64,000 nucleotides of DNA. Origin: Nitrosarchaeum sp. Lineage in GTDB: Archaea > Thermoproteota > Nitrososphaeria > Nitrososphaerales > Nitrosopumilaceae. This document shows, piece after piece, positions 38,237 to 47,200 of this stretch. The position numbers and the translations under genes were made by a program. The stretch spans positions 1,568,001 through 1,632,000 of the forward strand of contig OZ245020.1 in the NCBI GenBank assembly GCA_965223865.1. Reading direction: 5' to 3'. The notes beneath the pieces are model-generated. The model saw nothing but the letters and a program-made list of their open reading frames with translations. It was not told where the DNA came from and did not search any database. Numbering within the stretch: position 1 is the stretch's first letter; each line of letters starts with the position of its first letter.

Positions 38237-38395
38237 ATGGCAACTTCAAAGAAAGCAACCAGAAAAACTGCATCTAAAAGAACAACAGCAAAGAAATCAA
38301 CATCATCAAAGAGAAAAACAGCAGCAGCAAGATCTGAAGCTTCAAAAAAAGGCTGGGCAACCAGAAGAAAGAACGCAAAGAAATCCAAAAAATAG
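38237..38395 (+). CDS. 52-aa highly basic histone H1-like protein
   Basis: MATSKKATRKTASKRTTAKK...RSEASKKGWATRRKNAKKSKK; 21 K/R, 1 acidic residue. Confidence 0.75.
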   Translation: MATSKKATRKTASKRTTAKKSTSSKRKTAAARSEASKKGWATRRKNAKKSKK

Positions 38396-38606
38396 CCTCA
38401 AATGACAGTATCTTGTAAGATAGACTGTCTTTATTTTTCTAACTGAATTAGTTCATTTAATATCGGAGATGCGATGTCTCGAGATAATGCCTGGTCTAAT
38501 CTAATAAAATCAAGGCATAGTTTCACAGTTGGGAATAACTTTAGAAAATTTATGATTGAAAAGAAAAAATATTTTTTGCTTTTATTTAATTTGATAATAC
38601 CATTGC

Positions 38607-38744
38607 ATGAGAATCAAATGCAAAAGATGTTCACATAAACAGGACATTGCATATGACAGAATAATCTTTGATGATGAGGACGAGAAAGTTTTTGTCAGTT
38701 ATCTTGCAGCAGAGATGGCAAAATCTGAAGATACAGGAGAATAA
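38607..38744 (+). CDS. 45-aa hypothetical microprotein
   Basis: MRIKCKRCSHKQ...; GCTTTTAT 29 nt upstream. Confidence 0.5.
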   Translation: MRIKCKRCSHKQDIAYDRIIFDDEDEKVFVSYLAAEMAKSEDTGE

Positions 38745-38788
38745 AAACAATATTTTTTGCTTTTATGAAAAAATTCCATTGCCATTTA

Positions 38789-38941
38789 ATGGAGTCACCC
38801 AAAGAGTCTTGCAACATTTCAAAGAAGATTCATTGCGGCAAAGTAATTACTGATGAATATGCAGGAGAATTAGTCTGTCAAAAGTGTGGCGTCGTACTGG
38901 AAGAAAAGACTCCATCATACAACCAAGAAAAAGTGAAATAG
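38789..38941 (+). CDS. stand-alone TFIIB-type zinc ribbon (50 aa)
   Basis: VITDEYAGELVCQKCGVVLEEK matches the TFB N-terminal ribbon; own promoter 30 nt upstream. Confidence 0.75.
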   Translation: MESPKESCNISKKIHCGKVITDEYAGELVCQKCGVVLEEKTPSYNQEKVK

Positions 38942-38987
38942 AATTATCATAATTTCTGCCTTTTTAACAAAATAGTCATCTCATTTT

Positions 38988-41522
38988 ATGAAATATGGAT
39001 TTTTTCTTGTCATGTTGTTAATTTTTGGGACCTTTCTCATGCCACTCAACACCATGCAAAGCTCGTATGGAGATTCAGTACTGTTGTATACGGTTAATCA
39101 AGTAGCTGGAAGTGGGGATGTCAACACTGATACCCTGAGAAAAGAGAGATGCTTTGTTCATGTTCAGATTGATGTGTATTCAGCACATCATGGACCATAC
39201 CATAGGAACAATCCTGACAAGACATTCTATCCGGGAGACGCATTTGAATATAGAACCACAGCTTGGAAGGATGGTTGTGGCAGCTTTTGGCAGCCATGTC
39301 CCATACAATCAACTCCAAACAATACTGTTCCAAACGGCCCTAACTGCATCAAGGGAGTCACATATGGCGGTGCATCGGATTCTGGAACGGGAGTGATAAC
39401 ACCAAGCTATACTGCAGGTTCGGTGTCCTTGTCAAAAAGGGCAATGGCAGAGCAGTATGTCTGTCACAAAGGCGATTCTGGATGGAGCTGCAGCTGGAAT
39501 ACCGTGTCTGCAAGCGCAACACAGGCAGTGCCTATGAGGCTGCCAAATATGACAGTAGACATGTGGACGGTAGGTGAAGAGTTTACTGAAAGTGCAGGAT
39601 ACACATCAAGGAATCTTGATGAGTCATATTATGTGTGGGATGCAATCAACGTGGTTCACAATCCAATATACCCCTTCAAAAACGATAGGGTTGGAACAAT
39701 CTTTGTGGAGTATGAAAAGATTCATGATCCACTTGTACTAGAAGACGAGTTCTTTTGTGATGCATCTCTTTGTGTCAATACCATGGAGATACCCGGTTTC
39801 TTGCCATGGACTGGAACATTTGATTATGGCGGCGGCAACACAGTGTACAATGCCACATCATTAGAGAACATTGGAGAACATGAGATAAAGTACATTGCAA
39901 GACTGTACAATATCATTCCGCAGATAGACGAGTTTACACAGACCATTGATGAGTTGGTAGTGGAGTATGAACCAGTATACGAGAGTTATGTGTATCCTGT
40001 TTTGTCTGATGACAGAAAGGTTGCATTTGATGACAGGATAGGATATGCGTTACACTATTTTGGAAACGAGAGCACTGATGCAAACCCTGATGATGAGATT
40101 GGCATCCACGAGGACCGTCGTTCCAAGATTAATGATTATTTCTATTCGACTTGGGGTGCAGATCCTTGGGAGTTTGACTTTATTGATGGAACAGTTGGAA
40201 CATCAGACTATTCAGATGATATTCAGTTAACTTGGGATGAAGCCAATCATGTTGGAATAATAACAAACGAGATTCCTGTTGGAAGATCAATCGAGATAGA
40301 AGACGAATTGATACCAACTGAATTTCCTGGAATCATTCCATATGAGGTCGGAGAGCATGGTACTGCCAACTTTTTGAAGGCAGGGTACGGCAAGATAAAG
40401 TTCAGCTATGACGGGTTGCTGGATGTAGTCTTGGATCCAGTACTAAAAATTCCAAGATACGAAAATGCAACAGTGTTTAACGTTTTGGAATCTGCAAACT
40501 TTGCAGGACATGAGGTATCGTTTCTTACATTTGATGAATACATGTATCCAGAGTCTTTTTTTCACAATACGGTAAACGTGTTGGCAGTGAATTCAGATGG
40601 TATGCAGGATGACTCGATAAATCTTTCAATAACCATGATTCCAAGAGAAGAGATTGCAGGCACCACATACCTTGACCAGTATGTGCATGACAAGGTAATC
40701 TTTGATACTGATGATGACGGGTTTGCGCAGATAATAACAGGACTTGACATGGATGGGAATGATATTGTCATAGTAAATGGCCATGACATCTATCCTCTTG
40801 ATAATCTGACAATAGAGGGAACGGGAAGCATATCACTTGAAAAGACTAGGCGTGTACTATCATCATTTACACAATATGACACTACGATTGACCAGACATT
40901 TGATCCAAATGAGATAGTTGATGTGTCTGGCAAGTATCTGCTTGATACTGCAGATGGCATACTTCCAATTCCATTGACTACGGGACTTGATGCCTTGTCA
41001 CCATATGTCATATCAATTACCGCTGATAATGGTTCCATAGAACATACAAACGAGTTTGACCACATCTGGTATGATTTCTCAATTGACTATTCCTATCAGC
41101 TAAACATGGATGATTCCAATTTGCTAAACATGCAAAGGGATCCTGCAAACATGAAGGTGCTGAAATATTTTTATGATGAGAACTTTGGTGTGCTAGAATC
41201 GTTATCGATTAATAGTATATCATATGATGAACTGCCTGAATGCTTTGGTGTAAAGTCAAGTGGTGCATGTTACATTTCGGTACCACAAGACCAACAGCTA
41301 GCAGAACTGGAAATTATTGGAGTAAACATGTGGGGCGGAGAATCCAAAATCACATTACCCCCGATTACTCCTGAGCAACTCAGTCCCGTATCTCCAAACC
41401 CAATTAATTCCATATTCAATCTTACACTGTTTGACTTTGTGTCGATTCTTTTGGTGTTGATGATTGTAACGTACATTCTGTACAGAGCAGTCAGATGGTA
41501 TTTCAGAACGGTGCTCAAATAA
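38988..41522 (+). CDS. large acidic cell-surface protein, C-terminal TM anchor
   Basis: Signal peptide, paired Cys, beta-rich acidic body, C-terminal TM. Confidence 0.85.
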   Translation: MKYGFFLVMLLIFGTFLMPLNTMQSSYGDSVLLYTVNQVAGSGDVNTDTLRKERCFVHVQIDVYSAHHGPYHRNNPDKTFYPGDAFEYRTTAWKDGCGSFWQPCPIQSTPNNTVPNGPNCIKGVTYGGASDSGTGVITPSYTAGSVSLSKRAMAEQYVCHKGDSGWSCSWNTVSASATQAVPMRLPNMTVDMWTVGEEFTESAGYTSRNLDESYYVWDAINVVHNPIYPFKNDRVGTIFVEYEKIHDPLVLEDEFFCDASLCVNTMEIPGFLPWTGTFDYGGGNTVYNATSLENIGEHEIKYIARLYNIIPQIDEFTQTIDELVVEYEPVYESYVYPVLSDDRKVAFDDRIGYALHYFGNESTDANPDDEIGIHEDRRSKINDYFYSTWGADPWEFDFIDGTVGTSDYSDDIQLTWDEANHVGIITNEIPVGRSIEIEDELIPTEFPGIIPYEVGEHGTANFLKAGYGKIKFSYDGLLDVVLDPVLKIPRYENATVFNVLESANFAGHEVSFLTFDEYMYPESFFHNTVNVLAVNSDGMQDDSINLSITMIPREEIAGTTYLDQYVHDKVIFDTDDDGFAQIITGLDMDGNDIVIVNGHDIYPLDNLTIEGTGSISLEKTRRVLSSFTQYDTTIDQTFDPNEIVDVSGKYLLDTADGILPIPLTTGLDALSPYVISITADNGSIEHTNEFDHIWYDFSIDYSYQLNMDDSNLLNMQRDPANMKVLKYFYDENFGVLESLSINSISYDELPECFGVKSSGACYISVPQDQQLAELEIIGVNMWGGESKITLPPITPEQLSPVSPNPINSIFNLTLFDFVSILLVLMIVTYILYRAVRWYFRTVLK

Positions 41523-41559
41523 GACATTGGTTCTTTTATGGAAATCATCTTTAGTTTTT

Positions 41560-41751
41560 GTGGCAAAACAGATCAGATTGCAATACAGGACATATCTTGG
41601 TGCAGATAACACTACAAAATACATTCAGTACAGAATCAACCTACCTGAGAAAATAATTAAAAAAATAGGATGGGAAAAAGAAGATCATATCACAGTATCA
41701 GTTGAATCAAGAAACGGCAAAAAGATGATATCGCTAAAAATCAAAGACTAG
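41560..41751 (+). CDS. AbrB/MazE-like DNA-binding protein
   Basis: QYRINLPEKIIKKIGWEKED.I.V. Confidence 0.8.
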   Translation: MAKQIRLQYRTYLGADNTTKYIQYRINLPEKIIKKIGWEKEDHITVSVESRNGKKMISLKIKD

Positions 41752-41799
41752 AAGTTGCTGTTAGTTCTTGCCTTTTATGCAAACCAGACATAGTTTTCT

Positions 41800-43212
41800 G
41801 TGAAATACCTGACCGTGTTTGCAATAATAATGATTGGCCTGATGATGGCCATTCCAAATTCTTTTGCGTTGTTGCCACCTCATCCTAGTGCAGACTATAA
41901 CGAACAAGTCTCATGGCAGCAAGATCGCATGTGGCATCTTGGAAAGAATCTCTCAGCTGGGAATTCTTACACCTACAAGATCTGTGATCCCAAAACAATA
42001 CAGACTTCTGCTGCAAACTATCACTACTTTACCCAGGGAAACGAGAATCACAATTCCAGTGTTTGCTATATGATAAAGATGGACTTTGTCAATCTGCTAA
42101 CCTCTGATGAAAACCAGATTAATAGTGATGTCTGGGTGGTACAGGCAGCAATTAGTGATTTTGCAGCAAATAAAGACGTCAGATATTCCGTGTTTCATGT
42201 TGATTCACAAACTTTTGAAGTGAATTCAGCTGATACCATTCATCCAGACACCATAAAATATGCTGATTCGCTGCAAAAAACCCTGTTTTCACTTTTCAAG
42301 TATACTGCACCTGAGCCACAACTATTGCAGATTGAAACAGAATGGGGCGAGGTAACTGAAGCACTGCGTGAAAGAGGATACAACCCACACATGGTAGTGT
42401 TTGACGATAACCAGGAATATTCTGTGACTCAGAACAACATACGCATGATTGACAAACAAAACACTCCAGTTACAAGAAATATTTCAGATGCGTTCAAGGT
42501 AGGATATGAGATTGACATTTTTGATCCGCTCATCATATCTCAGGACAAGAAAACGAAAATTGTAGAGGAAGACAACAACAACGTGACAAGTTATTTTTTG
42601 ATATCATCTGACTTGCCATTTCCATTATCTGCTATATCTTACAGTCCAGTGCACATAGTGCAGCCCCAAAAACAATACGAGTTTGAATTAGTGGAATTTC
42701 TTGCAAACAACAAAAATGTGGACATTGGAATAAAACCTGTTTTTGAGAAACCAGAAGAAATTGTTATTCCTGAAATACCAATTGAGACTGGCACAATTGC
42801 ATTAACTTTTCCAGAAGACAGTGTTCCAGATGATACAGGTATTGTTGTTGACGATGTAGTTGTTGACGATGTAGTTGTTGACGATGTAGTTCCTGATGGT
42901 GATGTAGTTACAGATGACATTGTTACAGATAACGATAGTGTTGCTGTTGACGATGTAGTTCCTGATGGTGATGGCATTGCTGATCCTACTCCATCTGAGG
43001 ATATTGACCATTCCAAGATTGCAGGACTAGTGGTGTTACTGGTTGTAATGATTGCAGTTTTTGTAGTCTTTAAGAAATTCAAGGAATCTGGATTCAAGAC
43101 CGGACTCAAAAATACAATAAAGAAAAAACGACAACAGCATACAACAAAACAGATTGTTCAGTTTGATGACAAACTGCACATTGACATCAAGACCATTACT
43201 GATGTCAACTAG
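41800..43212 (+). CDS. exported protein with acidic DDVVV linker and TM anchor
   Basis: Signal peptide; 15-bp repeat x3 at 42844-42888; TM near C-terminus. Confidence 0.85.
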   Translation: MKYLTVFAIIMIGLMMAIPNSFALLPPHPSADYNEQVSWQQDRMWHLGKNLSAGNSYTYKICDPKTIQTSAANYHYFTQGNENHNSSVCYMIKMDFVNLLTSDENQINSDVWVVQAAISDFAANKDVRYSVFHVDSQTFEVNSADTIHPDTIKYADSLQKTLFSLFKYTAPEPQLLQIETEWGEVTEALRERGYNPHMVVFDDNQEYSVTQNNIRMIDKQNTPVTRNISDAFKVGYEIDIFDPLIISQDKKTKIVEEDNNNVTSYFLISSDLPFPLSAISYSPVHIVQPQKQYEFELVEFLANNKNVDIGIKPVFEKPEEIVIPEIPIETGTIALTFPEDSVPDDTGIVVDDVVVDDVVVDDVVPDGDVVTDDIVTDNDSVAVDDVVPDGDGIADPTPSEDIDHSKIAGLVVLLVVMIAVFVVFKKFKESGFKTGLKNTIKKKRQQHTTKQIVQFDDKLHIDIKTITDVN

Positions 43213-43260
43213 GCTCTTGAGCAATCCTCCCTTTTATACAAATGACACATCATATCTCAG

Positions 43261-44118
43261 ATGAGCACCAGAAACATCGATTTGGTAACATTTGAAAATG
43301 ACTCGGTACTTAATCAAAAATCGATTTCACTTCCCATAGGAAAGGTATCAATCAGGCAGACTGCCATACTGTTCTCAGGAATATTGGTGACATTTCTTGT
43401 CTTTATGACCACTGACAATGTAATAGTGGCCGGTTTGATCTTTGCAGTATTTTTAGGGTTGGGGTTGATTGGATCCAGAGTAATGGCTGCAGACCAGATG
43501 ATAAAGAACCACCTGATGCTTTTGATAAGAGGAACCTCACTTGATGTCAAGCACGAATACATTGAAAAGAAAAAGAAAAAACAATCACAACAAACTGATA
43601 ATAATGTCATACTCAATTCAAAACAAGAAAAAGAATTGCAAAAAAACAACAATGGATTGGTAAACCAGGCTCTCTCAGAGATAGAGTCATTACTATTCAA
43701 GAAAAAAGACATACAGCAAAAAGAACAGTATGAAAGTGATGAACTACAAGAGAAAGATACACAAAAATCTTCAGAAGACAAGAGATTCTCAAGTACAATA
43801 GAACTCACTGATCAAAACATTCTCAATGTCTCACTTTACAAAAAAACAAAACGGAACCAAAACTATGATGATAGCAATAATCCAGTAGAAAAGATGCTAA
43901 TGAGCCTTTCAAAAAAACAGACTTTAACAGAATTATCCAAAGAAAAGATCACAGAACATGTCATTATAACGCTTGACGGGAAAGAACTAGAACAAACCCA
44001 ATATGCAATAAAATCCAATAATGTCATTTCACTTGTATTAGAGAACAATCATGGTGTGGCCTATCAAATCAGTGCAACTGCAGATGATGATGATAATGAA
44101 CATACAGTAACAGTCTAG
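43261..44118 (+). CDS. PrgI/VirB3-like membrane protein with soluble C-terminus
   Basis: IGKVSIRQ followed by two TM helices, upstream of virB4. Confidence 0.6.
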   Translation: MSTRNIDLVTFENDSVLNQKSISLPIGKVSIRQTAILFSGILVTFLVFMTTDNVIVAGLIFAVFLGLGLIGSRVMAADQMIKNHLMLLIRGTSLDVKHEYIEKKKKKQSQQTDNNVILNSKQEKELQKNNNGLVNQALSEIESLLFKKKDIQQKEQYESDELQEKDTQKSSEDKRFSSTIELTDQNILNVSLYKKTKRNQNYDDSNNPVEKMLMSLSKKQTLTELSKEKITEHVIITLDGKELEQTQYAIKSNNVISLVLENNHGVAYQISATADDDDNEHTVTV

Positions 44119-44167
44119 GATAAACCACTGTGTCTTCTCCTTTTAAACAAACCAGAATAACTATTCA

Positions 44168-44536
44168 ATGATTAGAAAAAAGGACGGTGAGCTGAAAGAA
44201 GGCGAATCCATTGGCGGTTTTTTCATAAAGCTGGTAGTGGCCCTTGTGGCAGTAATCATCGTTGCAACCATTGTACCTGACGTGCTTGGTGTGAACGTAC
44301 AAGAGCTCTGTATCGTAGATGGCAGCATCTTGGGCGGAATCACTGCAAACCATTGTGGTGATGCTTCTGTGTTCCTGACTGATGCAGTCAAGACCATAAT
44401 TGGAGACGGCTATAGCTTCTTGCTTGTGGGAATTGCACTTGCATTCATAGGCATTGGCGCCTACAAGGGAGTCACCTACAAGGTTCTACCTCCATTGCCA
44501 CTAGGCTCTGCAAGAGCAAAAGGCGCAATAGTATAA
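44168..44536 (+). CDS. pilin-like (VirB2-type) 2-TM protein
   Basis: 122 aa, two hydrophobic helices, Cys pair, position in transfer cluster. Confidence 0.5.
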   Translation: MIRKKDGELKEGESIGGFFIKLVVALVAVIIVATIVPDVLGVNVQELCIVDGSILGGITANHCGDASVFLTDAVKTIIGDGYSFLLVGIALAFIGIGAYKGVTYKVLPPLPLGSARAKGAIV

Positions 44537-44548
44537 GAAAACGACAAA

Positions 44549-45022
44549 ATGAACAACAAAACAGACTTCAAGAAAAAACAGAGAATTCTTCCAGTCTTGT
44601 TTTATTCACTTTTGTTTTCTCCTCTCTTTTTTTATTTATTATTTTTTGACAGACCTGAACTGCATTTTTGGGGAATTGTGATGCCCTTGTATGGTTTCTG
44701 GGTTGTCATGATGTCACTTGACATGAAAATCACACTGTCCTTAAAACAGTTGATTTTGCAGTACGAGGCAAATCCGATATTTAGAGTTCTGTATGCAAAG
44801 TACAGAACATCGGTTACAGTGATGATCCAGTTACTAATTGAGTCAGCATTCATTTTTGTTCTGCCATCTCTAATGTTTCCAAGGGATTTTGGGGTGAAAC
44901 TATTTTTTGACTATCAATCAAGTGCGATATTTGCAGGAATTGTTGGTGTCTTTCATTTGGTTGCATGGCGTAATAACAGAAAAAACATCAAAGAAATTCT
45001 AGAGAGTCAAAAATATCAGTGA
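44549..45022 (+). CDS. membrane protein with D..T....EANP motif
   Basis: SLDMKITL...YEANPIFR; 4 TM. Confidence 0.7.
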   Translation: MNNKTDFKKKQRILPVLFYSLLFSPLFFYLLFFDRPELHFWGIVMPLYGFWVVMMSLDMKITLSLKQLILQYEANPIFRVLYAKYRTSVTVMIQLLIESAFIFVLPSLMFPRDFGVKLFFDYQSSAIFAGIVGVFHLVAWRNNRKNIKEILESQKYQ

Positions 45023-45069
45023 TTGCAATGCTAATAGTTGCCTTTTATGTAAATGATTCATCATGAATC

Positions 45070-47025
45070 GTGAAATTAAATCCATTTGCAGACAAACAAT
45101 CTGTCAAGAAAAACTCTGAAAAAAATAATCCAAATAAAAAACAACACATACCATCATCAAAGAAAAAATCATCCCCCCACAAGTTTGCATTCAGTTACAG
45201 CATAATCCCTACAAACTTTATCAATCTGTCAGAAGAGGCCCAGATACAAAGACTTGGACAATTCTTTGACATTCTCAATGTTATTGATGACCGTATCAAA
45301 ATCACAATGTCAAGGAGGATGGTGCCAATTACAGTGGAAGGACAAATTCAGAATATGCCTGTAATGCAGGTGCACCTTGAATCACATACCCCAATTGCCG
45401 ATACCTTGGAGCAAAACAGGCTAGAGTACATCTCAGGTATTACCCCTCCACAATTTCAGATAAAAAAAGAGCATTTCTCCATGATGGAACTTGTTGAGAT
45501 GATTCCAGATGAGACAAACAGTGATGACGACAATGCCAACACTGGAGAGAAAATATTCTCAAGAACATTTACGCTTGATGGAATCCCTGCTACTCTGCCT
45601 TATGCATGGATAACCAAAGTCTTTGACATCTGCTCTCAGATACAAATGTGGTACAATCCGCTTGACAAAGACGAGGCAATAATCAGGATGGTCCGATTCA
45701 AAAACATCATCTATGACGATGCAAAATCCAACAGGGCAACATCGGAGTTATTCAAGAGAGCAGATAATGCTGAAAACTCTTTGAGAAAAGACACAACACG
45801 ACTCTATGAGGTTATCGTAAACTGCACTGTAATTGGACAAGACAGGAAATCACTCAAGGAAAACTGCAAGACATTCAAGAAACACCTCAAGAGGTATGGC
45901 GGGCATTTTAGTGCAATTTCTGCCAAACAAGCAAGCATGCTGTATGAAGGATTTGGAAAAAAGATAACTTTTGACCGTGGCTCCTGTGCAATCTTGTATT
46001 CGTTTGCATCAGCTGACATGCTAGAGATTCCTGATGGCATCCCATTGGGAATCAACATGGACTCCAAGGGTCCGATAATATTTGACATTGGAAAACGCAC
46101 CAACTACAACATTGCAGTGATTGGCAAGTCAGGTTCAGGAAAGTCATTTACTGTCAAGATTTTGCTGAATCGTTTGTTGCAAAGGTTTCCTGATTCACAT
46201 GTTTATGTGATAGACCCAATGGGGGAATACTCCAAGATTGCTGACTTTTTTGGAATGGATGTACTGTATCTCAAGGATGAAAAAGATCAGCTTGGTTTGG
46301 ATCCGTTTGTTTTGCTGGAACCATTGGATGCAGCAGACATCTTATCTGAGATTACAAACGCGCCTGATGATGTAAAGAGACAGTTCCAGACATACTGTGG
46401 AAAGGCCAGAACCTTTGAGGAATTCTTTGAAATGATTCCAAAAAAATACAAGGACAGCCTTATCAATCTGAAGAAAGGTCCACTGTCTAGAATAATTCTG
46501 GGCAAACCAAAACTAAACTCTCAGAAAAAAGTGATAATGTCAATGGAAGGGGCAACAGGATCTGAGACAGAACAGATGATTTTGTTGTTACTGTTAAACA
46601 AAATATTCAAGATTTGCAACGACTTGCCTGCAAGGACAAGAAAGATTGTCTTGATAGATGAGGCCTGGATGCTGCTGCGAATGAGGAATGCTGCAAAGTA
46701 TGTCAACATGATTGTTCGCATGGGACGGAAACTGAACATCACCTTTGGATTCATCTCCCAAAGACTGGAGGACATCTCAAAGGAAGATGACTCTGGAATT
46801 GGCAAAATCATTGACAACATGGAGACCAAAATCATCTTGGGTCTAGAGGAACAAGCAGCAGAGACTGCAAGAAATGTCTTGAGATTGTCTGATTCTGAGA
46901 CAAACAAAATCCGTGCATTTAATGCAGGACATGCGTTGTTTCTCACAAAGAACCATAGGATTCACGCAAAGTTTATGCCAACGACACAGGAAAAAGAGAT
47001 GTTTGATACAAGACCGTTGGAATAG
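45070..47025 (+). CDS. virB4: VirB4-like type IV secretion ATPase
   Basis: NYNIAVIGKSGSGKSFTVK, VIDPMGEY, LIDEAW, RMGRK...ISQ. Confidence 0.93.
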   Translation: MKLNPFADKQSVKKNSEKNNPNKKQHIPSSKKKSSPHKFAFSYSIIPTNFINLSEEAQIQRLGQFFDILNVIDDRIKITMSRRMVPITVEGQIQNMPVMQVHLESHTPIADTLEQNRLEYISGITPPQFQIKKEHFSMMELVEMIPDETNSDDDNANTGEKIFSRTFTLDGIPATLPYAWITKVFDICSQIQMWYNPLDKDEAIIRMVRFKNIIYDDAKSNRATSELFKRADNAENSLRKDTTRLYEVIVNCTVIGQDRKSLKENCKTFKKHLKRYGGHFSAISAKQASMLYEGFGKKITFDRGSCAILYSFASADMLEIPDGIPLGINMDSKGPIIFDIGKRTNYNIAVIGKSGSGKSFTVKILLNRLLQRFPDSHVYVIDPMGEYSKIADFFGMDVLYLKDEKDQLGLDPFVLLEPLDAADILSEITNAPDDVKRQFQTYCGKARTFEEFFEMIPKKYKDSLINLKKGPLSRIILGKPKLNSQKKVIMSMEGATGSETEQMILLLLLNKIFKICNDLPARTRKIVLIDEAWMLLRMRNAAKYVNMIVRMGRKLNITFGFISQRLEDISKEDDSGIGKIIDNMETKIILGLEEQAAETARNVLRLSDSETNKIRAFNAGHALFLTKNHRIHAKFMPTTQEKEMFDTRPLE

Positions 47026-47200
47026 ACAGTATTTTCTTCTTCCTCTCAATTAATATTTTGGATTTTCACTGTTTTTGATTTGTTTTGGAATTTCACTTGC
47101 AATAGTGAAAGATATTTGAAAAAATGCTGGATGGGGCATTAGACAGGATTGAAAGACTTGAAAATTATAAGAGTAGTACTATATACCACACAGACAATTT

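Noticed and set aside
38095-38405. 97-aa minus and 86-aa plus ORF-track calls
   Set aside because: Antisense and alternate-frame shadows of the basic 52-aa gene.
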